From positions 2,542,001 through 2,606,000 of the forward strand of contig OZ251228.1 of NCBI GenBank assembly GCA_965240325.2: a stretch of 64,000 nucleotides of DNA, written 5' to 3'. The stretch's first letter is position 1; each line of letters begins with the position of its first letter. The translations under genes were made by a program, and so were the position numbers. Shown one piece after another: positions 23,061 to 34,578 of this stretch. The DNA comes from Rebecca billardiae RCC1528 (taxonomy: Eukaryota > Protista > Haptophyta). The notes below the pieces were generated by a model. The model did not search any database and was not told the DNA's origin. It worked only from the letters and a program-made list of their open reading frames with translations.

Positions 23061-26000
23061 ATGGGTGCGCTGGTGGCGTTATGCCAAGGTGGGGGCTGGT
23101 GGAGACAGCGCCAGCAGCGAGCACAGCCGCTGCTGGCGTGGGCGGTGCTCGCCCTCCTGGTGTCGCGGGAGTGCGCTGGCTCGGGATGCCCCTCCTCGCC
23201 GCACCCGGCCGACGACGGCCTCGACGCGAACTGCACGTGCGACTCGAGCCGGCGATTGGTCGACAGCGGCGCCGAGCCGTGCAGCGCGGCCACGGCGGGA
23301 TCGGGCGCGTGCCAGTGCCGCTGCGAGGCTGGGTTCGCGCTGTACGAGGTGCACACGTACGACAACGCGACCGATGCGTACGTGACCACGCTGCAGTGCG
23401 CGCGATGCCCCCCCGGCTACTTTGCGGACGGCAGCGGCGACGCGCGCACGTGCGCGCCGTGCCCGGCGGGCCCTGGGGCGCGCACAGTACCGGCGGAGGT
23501 GCCGGCGGCGAGCGTCGCGGCATGCGTCGGCTGTGGCGAGGGCTTTGAGCGCGTCGAGTACGGCGACGGCCGGTACGGCTGCGAGTGCAACGGCGCGGGC
23601 GGCGAGCAGCTGCGCGTGCGCCACCCGCTGCCCCTCAGCCTGCGCCAGTACGTGTGCGAGCGCTGCCCGGCAGGGACGTTCGCCGAGCCCGCGCGGCTCC
23701 GCTACGACGGTGCCGAGTGCACGCCGTGCCCGGAGCCCGCCGACCGATCGGGCAACGCCACGGGCCTGCGCAGCCGCTCCGAGTGCACGTGCGCGTTTGG
23801 GCACGCGCTGCGCGCCGCGGGCGCGGCGGCCGAGCTGCTCGAGTGCGTGTGCCCCGCCGGCTACGAGCCTGTGCTGGACGGCAAGCTGAATCAGCAGGTG
23901 TGCACGGCGTGCCCGACGGGGAGCTTCAAGGCCGACGCGGGCAACGGCGCGTGCACGCCGTGCGGGCCCTTCTTCTACACGGACGAGGACGCGCGCTCGG
24001 CCGACGACTGCAAGTGCCCCGCCAACATGGCGAGGCGCACGCTGAGCACGGGCGGGGCCGGCGGCGGCGGCGGCGGGAAAGGTGGTGGTGGCGGTGGCGA
24101 GGTTGTAGGCGGCAGTGAGGCGCAGGAGTGCGCGTGCATCGCGGGGTACTTCTACCAGTGCCGCATTCGCGGCGGCATCGACTGCGACGACGAGGAGGTG
24201 CTCAGCTCCGCCGTGGACCGTGATGCCATCTGCCAGCCGTGCGTCGGCTCCTACAAGCCGGCCGTGGGCAACGAGGCGGAGTGCGAGCCGTGCCCCGACG
24301 ACTCGGACGAGAGCGTGAGCGGGCTGACCTCGATCGACCAGTGCGTCTGCCCGCAGAGCACCAAGCTGAGCGACGACGGCTCGAGCTGCGAGTGCGCGGA
24401 GGGCTACTACAGCGGCGAGGGCGACTCCTGCCAGCCGTGCCCGGTGGGCGAGTACAAGGGGGCCGTGGGCTCGGAGGCGTGCACGGCGTGCCCCGGCGGC
24501 ACGACGACGGCGGACGTGGGCGCGGACGACATCCGCGAGTGCATCTGCCCCGCGGGCCAGTACCTCGCCGTCGCCGACTGGGCGGGCGCGCACCTCGAGT
24601 GCGACGACTGCCCCACCGGCCTGCGCTGCGCCGCCGGCACGACCGAGCCGGCGCAGATGGGCGTGCGCGCCGCGCGCTGGCGGTACGCGCCCGGCTCCAA
24701 CCTCACGCACGCGTGCGAGCGGCAGCCCGCGGCGTGCGTGGGCTCGGCGCCGTTCTCGCGCGCGGCGGGCGACGCGCTGTGCGCGCCGGGGTACATGGGC
24801 CCGCGGTGCGAGGCGTGCGCGCTCGGGTACGGCCGCAGGCCCTCGGGCGCGTGCGAGCAGTGCCCGCCGCGCGAGCCGAGCGCGCGCGCTTCCGCGGAGC
24901 AGCGCGCGCAGCGGCTCGTCAACGTCGCGCTGATCGCGGGCGTCGCCGCCGCGGTGTGGCTCTTCATCGGCGCGGCGGCGCACCTCGTCGCGCGCGCCGG
25001 GCGGCACGGCCGCTTCGCCGAGTCCGCCGTCGCGGACGACCTGGTGCCGCTCTTCAAGATCGCGCTCAACTTCCTGCAGGTGACGGCGTTCTCGCTGCGG
25101 TTTGAGCTGCACTGGTCCGAGCCGATCAGGGGCGCGCTCGGCTGGCTGCGGCTATGGACCTCGCCGATGGACCTGCAGCTGCGCGCGCTGGACTGCGAGA
25201 TGGACGGGGGCGACGCGCGCGTGTGGCTGCGCTTCGTCGCCGCCGTCGCCGCCGTGCCGGTGATGGGCGCGGCGTGGGTCCTCTTCTGGGCGGCGGCGTG
25301 CGCGCTCGCGCTTGCGCGCGAGCGCGGCGCGCCCGAGCCGCGCCGCGCCGAGCTCGTCGAGCGCATGCGCACGAACGCGAAGGTGACGGTGCTGCTGCTG
25401 CTGTACGTGTGCCACATCCCGATCACGGCGGAGGCGCTCAAGCTGCTGTCGTGCGAGCCCCTCGTCGACGGCCGCGGCCTCACGCAGTGGCACCTGTCGG
25501 CGCAGCCGTCCATCCGATGCCTCGCGCCGCCGCACGTAGGCAGGATGGGCGCGGCCGGCTGCGTGTACCTCGCGGTCGGCCTCGGCATCCCCGCCGGCCT
25601 CACGGCGCTGCTGCACTTCCAGCGGCGGCGGCTGGCGGAGGGGAGCGAGGCGCAGACGCGCTTCGTCTCCGTGTACGGCTTCCTCTTCCGCGGCTTTGAG
25701 CAGCACGGTCTCGCGCACCTGTGGGAGGTGAGCGTGGTCATGCCGCGCAAGGTGGCGCTGCTGAGCGTGCACACGCTGCTCAACCAGGCGCCCGTGGTCG
25801 TGCAGACGCTCTCGGCGCTGCTCGTGCTCTTCGTGATCATCGTGCTGCACACGCGCTTCCAGCCGTACCTCAACCCGTCCCTCGACCGCGTCGAGTCCCT
25901 CTCGCTCGTCTCCTCGTTCTGCACGCTCTTCTTCGGGCTGTACCTGCTGGTGAACGACACGCAGCTGGGCGGGCTGCCGTGGCTGAGCGCGACCGTGACC

Positions 26001-26405
26001 GTGCTCATCATCGCGATGCAGGCGGCGATGCTGCTGGTGTTCGTGCACGCGCTGCTGCGCGTCGTCCTGCCGCAGCAGATCGCCAAGGCGGCGGTGCACA
26101 TCGATACCGTCGGGGCGCGCGGCGGGTCGAGCTCGGCGGCGCTGCGGCTGGCACGCGCGCTCGGCATCGCCCAACGCCGCAGCAGGGCGGCGCCGAGCGG
26201 CGGCGGCGGCCGCACGGTCGCCCCCGAGGGCCCCGCAACGACCGAGGCTGGCGCCGCGGCCGTCGAGGCGATCGGGGCTGTGGGCGCGTCGCGCGCGCTG
26301 CCTGCGGCGCCGACCGGCACCACACGCCCGCCAGACATCAATGACAGCAGCGCACCGACCGACGACGTGCCTGCATCGGACCATCATGCCGCTGCTGATC
26401 ATTGA
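23061..26405 (+). CDS. Secreted Cys-rich (GCC2/GCC3, ephrin-receptor-like repeats) protein with C-terminal multi-pass (~7-8 TM) domain
   Basis: N-terminal hydrophobic signal; repeated CxxCPxGxYK...CxxCPxGxTT motifs; CAPGYMGPRCEACALGY; FKIALNFLQV, YGFLFRGF, WEVSVVMPRK, QPYLNPSLDRVESLSL. Intronless. Confidence 0.88.
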   Translation: MGALVALCQGGGWWRQRQQRAQPLLAWAVLALLVSRECAGSGCPSSPHPADDGLDANCTCDSSRRLVDSGAEPCSAATAGSGACQCRCEAGFALYEVHTYDNATDAYVTTLQCARCPPGYFADGSGDARTCAPCPAGPGARTVPAEVPAASVAACVGCGEGFERVEYGDGRYGCECNGAGGEQLRVRHPLPLSLRQYVCERCPAGTFAEPARLRYDGAECTPCPEPADRSGNATGLRSRSECTCAFGHALRAAGAAAELLECVCPAGYEPVLDGKLNQQVCTACPTGSFKADAGNGACTPCGPFFYTDEDARSADDCKCPANMARRTLSTGGAGGGGGGKGGGGGGEVVGGSEAQECACIAGYFYQCRIRGGIDCDDEEVLSSAVDRDAICQPCVGSYKPAVGNEAECEPCPDDSDESVSGLTSIDQCVCPQSTKLSDDGSSCECAEGYYSGEGDSCQPCPVGEYKGAVGSEACTACPGGTTTADVGADDIRECICPAGQYLAVADWAGAHLECDDCPTGLRCAAGTTEPAQMGVRAARWRYAPGSNLTHACERQPAACVGSAPFSRAAGDALCAPGYMGPRCEACALGYGRRPSGACEQCPPREPSARASAEQRAQRLVNVALIAGVAAAVWLFIGAAAHLVARAGRHGRFAESAVADDLVPLFKIALNFLQVTAFSLRFELHWSEPIRGALGWLRLWTSPMDLQLRALDCEMDGGDARVWLRFVAAVAAVPVMGAAWVLFWAAACALALARERGAPEPRRAELVERMRTNAKVTVLLLLYVCHIPITAEALKLLSCEPLVDGRGLTQWHLSAQPSIRCLAPPHVGRMGAAGCVYLAVGLGIPAGLTALLHFQRRRLAEGSEAQTRFVSVYGFLFRGFEQHGLAHLWEVSVVMPRKVALLSVHTLLNQAPVVVQTLSALLVLFVIIVLHTRFQPYLNPSLDRVESLSLVSSFCTLFFGLYLLVNDTQLGGLPWLSATVTVLIIAMQAAMLLVFVHALLRVVLPQQIAKAAVHIDTVGARGGSSSAALRLARALGIAQRRSRAAPSGGGGRTVAPEGPATTEAGAAAVEAIGAVGASRALPAAPTGTTRPPDINDSSAPTDDVPASDHHAAADH

Positions 26406-26762
26406 TTGCCGCTTCGAGTGGGGCCGCGCCCGTGTTGGCACCTGCTCTTGCAGTGGACCCACAGGCTGCTCAGAGGCAGACGACGGAGGCGCCGCCGACG
26501 ACGACGCGCGCGACGATGATAACAAACCGCCTTGATTGCAGTGCTTGCGCTACTCGGTTGCGCTAACTGTTAGCCCGTAACCGCCACCAGAAAGTTTATT
26601 CGAATAATATTATATTGGCAGAATAATATAATCGCGGCGCCGATATTCTGCGACGACCGGCCAGTGATGACGTTTTCACGCAGCCCGCGGAGCATCATGC
26701 CGGCCAGCCGCGGGCGGCCGGCGCGGCCGCCATCGCTTCGCAGCAGCTAGCCCTCCGCGCGC

Positions 26763-27104
26763 ATGCCGCCATCAAACACGCACGTGACTGACAGTGACGT
26801 AGCCGCATGGCGTGCGCCTCGACGAGGGACGGCTGAGTTCTGCACCAGCTACGCTCGTTCGGGCTCGAGCGGGTTATGCCTCCTATCGCTGCATGACGAT
26901 GCGGCGATATGGGAGAAGTATCGGATGGAATGCCTCCGGCATCGCTCACGCTGCCCGTGCGGCGCCGCAGCCAGCCGAGCCCGCTGCTGTAGTACTGACT
27001 ACTGTGACTCAGTTGTTGGCCGGCAGCCTTTTAGGTCCGAGACCGACGAGCAGGGCAGCCGTACTGTTCGCCACTGGGTACTCGGGTACTCCCACTACCG
27101 TTGA
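26763..27104 (+). CDS. Possible small Cys-rich hypothetical protein
   Basis: ATG-started 113-aa ORF with non-shadow composition; no recognisable domain. Confidence 0.25.
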   Translation: MPPSNTHVTDSDVAAWRAPRRGTAEFCTSYARSGSSGLCLLSLHDDAAIWEKYRMECLRHRSRCPCGAAASRARCCSTDYCDSVVGRQPFRSETDEQGSRTVRHWVLGYSHYR

Positions 27105-27233
27105 CCATATATATATACTGACAAGTGAACGAGGGCGAGCACTTCCGGACGGTTCGGGGCCGACTGCCTGACCGCGCCGCCATCATTCATCAACGACAAC
27201 ATGGTCCGATATCAGTCATCAGGCTGACGACGA

Positions 27234-28137
27234 CTACAGGTTCTCCGTGCGCACGGTAAGCATGAGCTTGTCCACGCCAGCGGACCGGTTCGCTGTCGCT
27301 GAGTCCATCTTGAGCGGGCAGCTGCCCAGCTTGCGGCCCTTGCCCCGCTGGATGCAGCCCTCGGACCACAGCTCGCCCTTCGGGTCCCACAGCCCGATGA
27401 TCTTGACGAGCGCGTCGCCCTCGAGCTCGATGATGAAGACCTGCACCGACGGCCCGCATGGGACGCGCGATAAGCGCACGGTAAAGTATACAGTGAAGCG
27501 GTAAAGCATGACGTGAACGCTTTGGCGGGCAAGACTGGCTGGGTACCGCCACAATGCGCAGCGCAGCAGGGCCGTGGGCACGGGCAAGCGTGCACAGCTG
27601 CGCACGTTGGACTTTGGGTTGTTCTCCGGCGTGGGCTGGACGAGCATGCCTCTCGCGCCGTCCGGGCCGTACAGGAAGAGCGCGCGGAGCTCGCTCTCCG
27701 TCAGCGTGTCCTTAAACTTGATCTCCTTCGTGGTGCCCCCGGAGAACCAGTGGTTGTAAAAGCACACGCCCTTGAGAGAGGTCTTGAAGGAGGCAGCCAG
27801 CCGCATGTGCGCCATCGTCACGTGGTCGGGCCCAGACGCGCCGGACTTCTTCGCGGCGGCAGCCGGCCCTGCGGGAGCTGTAGCCTCGGGGCCCGCCTTC
27901 TGCACTTTCGAGGTGGCGGCTGCCTGCAGTGCACGGATGCGATCGCGGCACGCGCTCAGCATGGCGAGCGTGACCGACTCATCGTTGGCTGGCAGCTGAT
28001 CCAGGTCGAGCACTGAGCCGTCGCCGAGGGTGAGAGCCGATGTAAAGATGTCGTCCACCTTGCGCTTGACCCCCCCCCACGGTGTTCTGCGCTCCGAGGC
28101 CGCGCGGCGACGCGAATGGAGCGTCGAGCGTCGTCAT
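27234..28137 (-). CDS. Hypothetical protein; intron 27441-27605; apparent frameshift in the homopolymer at 28070-28078
   Basis: ATG at 28137 (MTTLDAPFASP) joins VKRKVDDIFTSAL if one G is removed; protein-like composition; GTGCGC...CAG intron. Confidence 0.6.
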
Positions 28138-28315
28138 CTCCACACGAGCGCGGTCGGTCGAGGTGAAGACCGTTGGTCGGCAAGTCGAGTGCGCCGGACC
28201 CAGACAGTGCAACCGCTCCGGACACCCCCCGGCGGCCCCCGGCCCATTTCCTCCGCACGCGGCCTTTCACGCCCAGCTCGACTCGCCACGCGCGCCCGCC
28301 CAGGCTACGCCGCCG

Positions 28316-30064
28316 GGCGACGCGCGCGCCAGCCGGTGCGCTGCGCACAAGCTGGCCGGCATGATCGACGTGAAGCACCGCAAGTGTGATCACACAGGCT
28401 GCACCAAGGGGCCTTCGTTCGGCATGCCGGGCGACGCGCGCGCCAGCCGGTGCGCTGAGCACAAGCTGGCCGGCATGGTCGACGTGAAGCACCTCAAGTG
28501 TGATCACACCGGCTGCACCAAGGGGCCTAACTTCGGCATGCCGGGCGACGCGCGCGCCAGCCGATGCGCTGAGCACAAGCTGGCCGGCATGGTCGACGTG
28601 AAGCACCCCAAGTGTGATCACACCGGCTGCACCAAGGTGCCTTCGTTCGGCATGCCGGGCGACGCGCGCGCCAGCCGGTGCGCTGCGCACAAGCTGGCCG
28701 GCATGGTCGACGTGAGGAGCCCCAAGTGTGATCACACTGGCTGCACCAAGGGGCCTTACTTCGGCATGCCGGGTGACGCGCGCGCCAGCTGGTGCGCCAC
28801 GCACAAGCTCGCCGGCATGGTCGTCGTGAAGAACCCCAAGTGCGGTCACGCTGGCTGCACCAAGCAGCCTTCGTTCGGCATGCCGGGCGACGCGCGCGCC
28901 AGCCGGTGCGCTGAGCACAAGCTGGCCGGCATGGTCGACGTGGTGAGCCCCAAGTGCGATCACGCCGGCTGCACCAAGGTGCCTTACTTTGGCATGCCGG
29001 GCGAGCGGCGCGCCAGCCGGTGCGCCACGCACAAGCTGGCCGGCATGGTCGACGTGATACACCCCAAGTGTGATCACGCTGGCTGCACCACGCGGCCTTC
29101 ATTCGGCATGCCGGGCGACGCGCGCGCCAGCCGGTGCGCTGCGCACACGCTGGCCGGCATGGTCGACGTGGTGAGCCGCAAGTGTGATCACGCGGGCTGC
29201 ACCAAGGTGCCTTCGTTTGGCATGCCGGGCGACGTGCGCGCCAGCCGGTGCGCTGCGCACAAACTGGCCGGCATGGTCGACGTGGTGAGCCCCAAGTGTG
29301 ATCACGCTGGCTGCACCACGCGGCCTTCATTCGGCATGCCGGGCGACGCGCGCGCCAGCCGGTGCGCTGCGCACACGCTGGCCGGCATGGTCGACGTGGT
29401 GAGCCGCAAGTGTGATCACGCGGGCTGCACCAAGGGGCCTTCGTTCGGCATGCCGGGCGACGCGCGCGCCAGCCGGTGCGCTGAGCACAAGCTGGCCGGC
29501 ATGGTCGACGTGAAGCACCTCAAGTGTGATCACACCGGCTGCACCAAGGGGCCTTACTTCGGTATGCCGGGCGACACGTGCGGCAGCCGGTGCGCTGAAC
29601 ACAAGCTGGCCGGCATGGTTAAAACTCGGCTAGCCGCCCCCAAGCGCAGGCTCGAGCATGGCACCGGCGACCAGGGCACGCGCGCCGCGAAGCGACAGCA
29701 CAAACCCACCAGCTGTGTTGCCGCTGTGTCGGACGCTGCGCCGCAGGTGTCTGCAACGCCGCCGCTGGTTGCAGTCAGCATCGTCCGCTGGCGCGCGCCA
29801 GATGGCACGATCCGTTCGGTTGACGACGGGGTGGTCAATGATGGTGCCCTGGGCCTGGGCGAGCGGCATCCGCGCGGCAACGCAGGTGGCGATGCAATCC
29901 GGGCTCCCAGTGGCAGCTACGGCCAGGGACTACCAGCAAGTATCAACACCACCGCTGTTCCAGCTGCTCCACCGTCACCATCGATGGCAGTGGCGGGAGC
30001 ACGACGGCAGCAACCACAGGAGGTCATACCAGTGGTGATGGCGAGGAGGGCCCGGACCGGGTAG
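28316..30064 (+). CDS. Second EsV-1-7 repeat protein (about 11.5 repeats); start not evident (5'-truncated or a downstream exon)
   Basis: Same 114-bp unit from 28316 to 29620; post-array tail RRLEHGTGDQGTRAxKRQHK shared with the first copy; a possible acceptor (cccgccag) lies at about 28303. Confidence 0.78.
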   Translation, partial: GDARASRCAAHKLAGMIDVKHRKCDHTGCTKGPSFGMPGDARASRCAEHKLAGMVDVKHLKCDHTGCTKGPNFGMPGDARASRCAEHKLAGMVDVKHPKCDHTGCTKVPSFGMPGDARASRCAAHKLAGMVDVRSPKCDHTGCTKGPYFGMPGDARASWCATHKLAGMVVVKNPKCGHAGCTKQPSFGMPGDARASRCAEHKLAGMVDVVSPKCDHAGCTKVPYFGMPGERRASRCATHKLAGMVDVIHPKCDHAGCTTRPSFGMPGDARASRCAAHTLAGMVDVVSRKCDHAGCTKVPSFGMPGDVRASRCAAHKLAGMVDVVSPKCDHAGCTTRPSFGMPGDARASRCAAHTLAGMVDVVSRKCDHAGCTKGPSFGMPGDARASRCAEHKLAGMVDVKHLKCDHTGCTKGPYFGMPGDTCGSRCAEHKLAGMVKTRLAAPKRRLEHGTGDQGTRAAKRQHKPTSCVAAVSDAAPQVSATPPLVAVSIVRWRAPDGTIRSVDDGVVNDGALGLGERHPRGNAGGDAIRAPSGSYGQGLPASINTTAVPAAPPSPSMAVAGARRQQPQEVIPVVMARRARTG

Positions 30065-30068
30065 ATAA

Positions 30069-31865
30069 TGACCGCGTTCCGCGGTCCTTCCGTAGAACCA
30101 ACGTAGTTAGGGGCCCGCGGTGCAACCTCCGTCGGCTGCTGTCGATCAGTCTGACACTCTGACTAACATGGCGGGCCGAGGACTGTCGCCGCGGGCCGCG
30201 CGGCGGGAAGCGCGGCCGCCGGGGCGGCGCGCGCGCGCAGGGCGAGAGGCGCCGCGCGGCGCGGGCCGGCGCGGGCGGGCGTGCGGGCGCACCTGCTTGA
30301 GGTGCTCGCGCTGCGCCATGCGCTCGACGACGGGCCGCTGGTCGCTCAGCCGGCGCGCTTCGTGCCCGGGCAGAGCGAGAGCGCGCGCGACTCGGCCAGC
30401 GGGCACTGCTGGCCCCGCGGCCCCGGTGCGCTGCGCAGCCGCGCACCGATCGCCAGAGGCGAGACCGAGCGGAGCTCGGAGTGGAACGAGGCGAGCGGCG
30501 CGTCGCGCCTGCCGCCGCGCGTGCGCGCCTGCTCCACCGCGCCGCGCCGTGCTCGCCCGCCGCCTCCTCGTCCGCCGGCGTCGGCCTCGAAGCCACGCAG
30601 CGGCGGCGGCCAGCGCGGCAGGCCGTGACAATCGGCAGCCCGTGGCCGTGCGTGCTCGCCGAGTTGCTGCTGCTGCACCTCCGGCGCGGTCGACGACCGA
30701 GTTGAGGAGGAGCTCGCGCTCGGCGTCGAGGAGCGAGCTCGCGAGCTCGAGCTCGCCCTTCAGCCGCACTACTAGCTCCGGGCGGCATCCGGCTCATCTC
30801 CGCTGCGGCGTGCCGTCGCGGCACGCTCCCGTCCTCATTCCTCAAGCGACGAGCTCGCGTAGTGCTCCGGACTCGGCTCGCCCTTCGCTCCTCCTCGAGC
30901 GACGAACGCGCCTGCGGGTAGGTTGTTGGGCGCGCGCCGACTCGGCGTGACTCGGCCACGCGGCCCGGCGAGACGACACGGACCGGTGGGCGCGCTCGGT
31001 GAGAGCGGAGTGCGAGGGCCGGGCGAGACGGAGTAGACGCGGGGCCTGCGAGGCGACAGGCGCGCTCGGGGAGAGCAGAGTGCGAGAGCGAGAGGCAGCG
31101 GCCGGCCGGCCCCCGCCACCACCTCGCGCACCGCGGCGTACTGCGGCGGCACGCGCACGCACGCGGTCCCGGCGGTCCGAGTCAAGGGCTCCGCAGTTCC
31201 ACGCGTCGCGGTCGCGCCGGCGTCACCGGCGCGAGTCGTCAAGGGCCTTGCCCCAAGTGCAATTTCGTCTGCGTGCTGTATTCGTATCACTACGAATACC
31301 CTACTATGGGGGTACGGAGTGATCATCTTTTCATCTGCAGTGCGCCCTCTACTGTAGCTAGTGGCTTCCGCGGGAACCATGTCCATTTACGACCATGCAC
31401 GTTCAACCGTATCGTCGGAAGATTGAACGGGAACCCCCTTGGTAGAATACCCTGCTACTGTAGGACCCCCGTGCACATGCACTTTTAAAAAACACGTCCG
31501 GCCCTGGGTCCGGTTGGTCCCGGGCTGGCGACCAAGTTTTGTTCCGTATGAATATTTACAACAAATCGCAGCTAGATATTCGTTCACTACCCAGATATAC
31601 TGACAAAGGCACGTCCAGCGGTTACGTATTACTCACGTCCGTCCGTAGATACGGAATTGGAGTGGGCGCGGCTATTTCGTCAATGCGTCTGGCTAATGCA
31701 GAGCAATGGGCCAAGGTACCCCTCAAAAAAGCGAAAACTCACCCTCCGACAGCCCTCAAAATCGTCCCCCGTCCCCTTTTCTTTGATCAAAAGATCTTTT
31801 TGACAACGTAGTGAGGGCCCCCGGCGGGGCTCCACGCTACGCGCTCCGCCCTACACCGCGGGCCA
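30069..31865 (-). mobile_element. Non-autonomous element E4 (inverted sibling of E3)
   Basis: Plus strand reads TGACCGCGTTCCGCGGTC at 30069 and CACCGCGGGCCA ending at 31865; full-length similarity to E3. Confidence 0.85.
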
Positions 31866-32095
31866 TAAGCGCGTACTACAATCAGCTCGTAGTGACGCAT
31901 CACTCATCAGCACTGCTCAGCAGTGCCAGAATAGCTGCGCTACTCCTGATGACAAGAGCTCTACCGTACGCAATTAATCAGGCCTGCCGGCGGATATTCA
32001 TCATACCATGCTGCTGATGAGTGATGATCGCCCCTGAATCCTGATGTGGTTACATGTGGTCGTCATATAATCAGCAACTGCTGCGCTATAATATA

Positions 32096-33715
32096 TGACC
32101 GCGTTCCGCGGTCCTTTTCCGTAGAACGAACGTAGTTCGGGGCCCGCGGTGGCGGTGCACCCTCCGTCGCAGTCGTCCCGTACACGTGTAACTAGACTCC
32201 ATCCAGCGGCGCGCCGCCCCAGCGCCGCGCCGCCGCCGGCGTGCGCCGAGTGTGGATGTCGGTTGTCGGCCGAGCTGCCCTCATCACAGACGGCCCTTAC
32301 CTGACCCCCTGCGCGTGCGCGACGGCCGACAGGCGGATGCGACTCGGCGTGATCGACGCACGAGCGCGACTCTTGCACGCCAGGCCACCGGCGGAGCTGA
32401 CTGACAGCCAGGGAGCCGGACGGCGCGGGACCGCGCGGATTCGACCGTTCGTTCGGGCCTGCCGCTGACCGTCGTCGCCGCGACGCCAGCAGCGCAGGAG
32501 TAGATGATCTGCAGGTCAGTAGGGTTCGACCTGCGCGCCTGCGCGACGGCCGACAGGCGGGCGCGAGGCGTGAGCGACGCATGAGCGCGACTCTACGTGC
32601 ACACCAGGCACCACGCGGCCGAGCTGACTGACCGCGAGCCAGGGAGCACGGTGCGAGCAGCCATGCAGCACCGGTGCTTGCGCGCGCCGCGCGTGCACGG
32701 GGTGACACACCTCGGTCAGGCTCGGCACGCGTCGCAGAGGCACGGCCAGCTCTGGGCACGCCAGGCGCCCAGGCCACGCGGAGCTGACAGCCACGGGGAG
32801 CCGACGGCGCGCGGGGCCGCGGCCAGTTCCGAGTTCGACTTGCGCCTGCTCTGAAGAAGAGTTCTGGGAGACCCTGGTGGAGAGGCATGGCAAGGGGGGC
32901 GTGTGGTGAAGTCGGAGACTCAGAGATCGATCAGTCCGGCATCATGCGCCGCTGCCCCCGAGCTTGCGAGAGCCCGAACACAGGGCGGCGGCTGCGGCGG
33001 CGGCGGCGCGGCCGCGCGCCGGCCGGCCGCGCAGGCATCGACAGGGCGCGGCAGGGGCGTGCGGAGTGACTAGTGAGCGGGCACGAACGCGATGTCGACG
33101 GCCGTCGGGACCCGCCGCAGACGCGCGCTCCAGGCGCCACTCGGCACTTGCCACGCGCACCTGCCCATCGAGCGCCCCCTTGCGGACCAACCAAGAGTCG
33201 TCGAGGCTCGCTCGCCACCCCAGAAGAAACCTGCACAGCACGTCGTCCTTGCGACGGCGGCAGGTTTTGAGCTCGCCAGCTCGGTAAGTCAGTGACTATG
33301 GAATGGGCTGGCAACGAATAGCTGCGCGGGTATTTTCAATAAGGCTTGCGGGTTTTAGACTCTAGATACCAACCGCCGCGAAGCCAAGTTCATATTCATC
33401 AAGGCGGAGGCAAACTATCACACATGAACGAGAGTCTACCCACAAAATCGCGCTCGTAACGAACCGTTACACTAATGTCACGTCCAGCTGACGTCCAGAT
33501 CGCACTTTACTTAGGGGAATCAGCTGGGCGCGGTTATTTTCGGCCTAATAGACCTCTCTATGCGATCTCAAAAACTCGAAACTCGGTCTCCGCCAGCCCT
33601 AAAAATCGCCCCCCGTCCCTTTTTTCTTGATCAAAGATCTTTTTGAAACGTGGTTCGGGCCCGCTGGTGCGGGCTCCACGCTGCGCGCTCCGCGGCCGCC
33701 CTGCACCGCGGGCCA
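32096..33715 (-). mobile_element. Non-autonomous element E5 (E2-type 5' end, E1-type interior)
   Basis: Both termini present; 33445-33715 is nearly identical to the reverse complement of 4131-4405; 32100-33170 resembles the E1 interior. Confidence 0.85.
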
Positions 33716-34578
33716 TAATATAATAATCCGAACGACGTAGTATAAACCGCGCACGTTACAACGACGATACCGTGACACTCATCGCCCGCGAGCGAATTGT
33801 CATCGGTTGCCATCATCATGCGCGGGCCGCCGGCTCCGCCGCGCCTTCGGCCTTGCCATCTGACCGATGATTATTCCGAGGACGACGACATCTTACCGTT
33901 GATATGACCGATCTCAATCGGATGCTGCAATGCCAATATTTTCAGAGCTAACTAACGGCTACTGCTGCTACAGTATCAGAACGATGACTAACTAACAGAC
34001 TTTTCGCGTCTACGGGCCATCGGAATAACTGCTGAATAATAATATAAAATGCTAGTCAGCAGGCATTATCATTATAATATCATCACCATCGGCATCATCA
34101 TCTGCAAAGACATCAAACTACTTTTCGATCTGTTTTCGTTATTATACATGGCGTAAGCGCGTATGCGGTGCTCGTCAGCTAGCCGGATCAATAACGGTAG
34201 CGCTCATCAGTCATCGCGCGCATTATTAGACAATATTAGTCGCCGCCGGCCTGCGCCACGATCACGACTCAGTCCGAGTCTGACACTCACCCTCGGGCCT
34301 CGGATGCTGCTGCCATTAGAAGGGCGTTCGGAGATCGACCGTCACTAGACCTGGTCATTCGCCAAATGAATTCGAGCCTGTGTTCTTATTGAAATGGGCT
34401 CTCTCTATTTCAAGCGGGTATTCCCCATTTTATTCAGTGATTTTATTGATTGATTAGCTTGTAATACTGCCCGCGCCAGTCCGGTGGCAATGCCCCGGAG
34501 GAGGGGGGGGGGGGGGGGGCATTGCTTTCCGGAGCGTGTGGCAGGGACCCGCGAACGCCCTTGGTTGGTACGGCTAAG

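Noticed and set aside
34480-34533. Hairpin gcaatgcccc...ggggcattgc with poly-G loop as terminator or ncRNA
   Set aside because: Single short instance with no family context; bacterial terminator logic does not apply.
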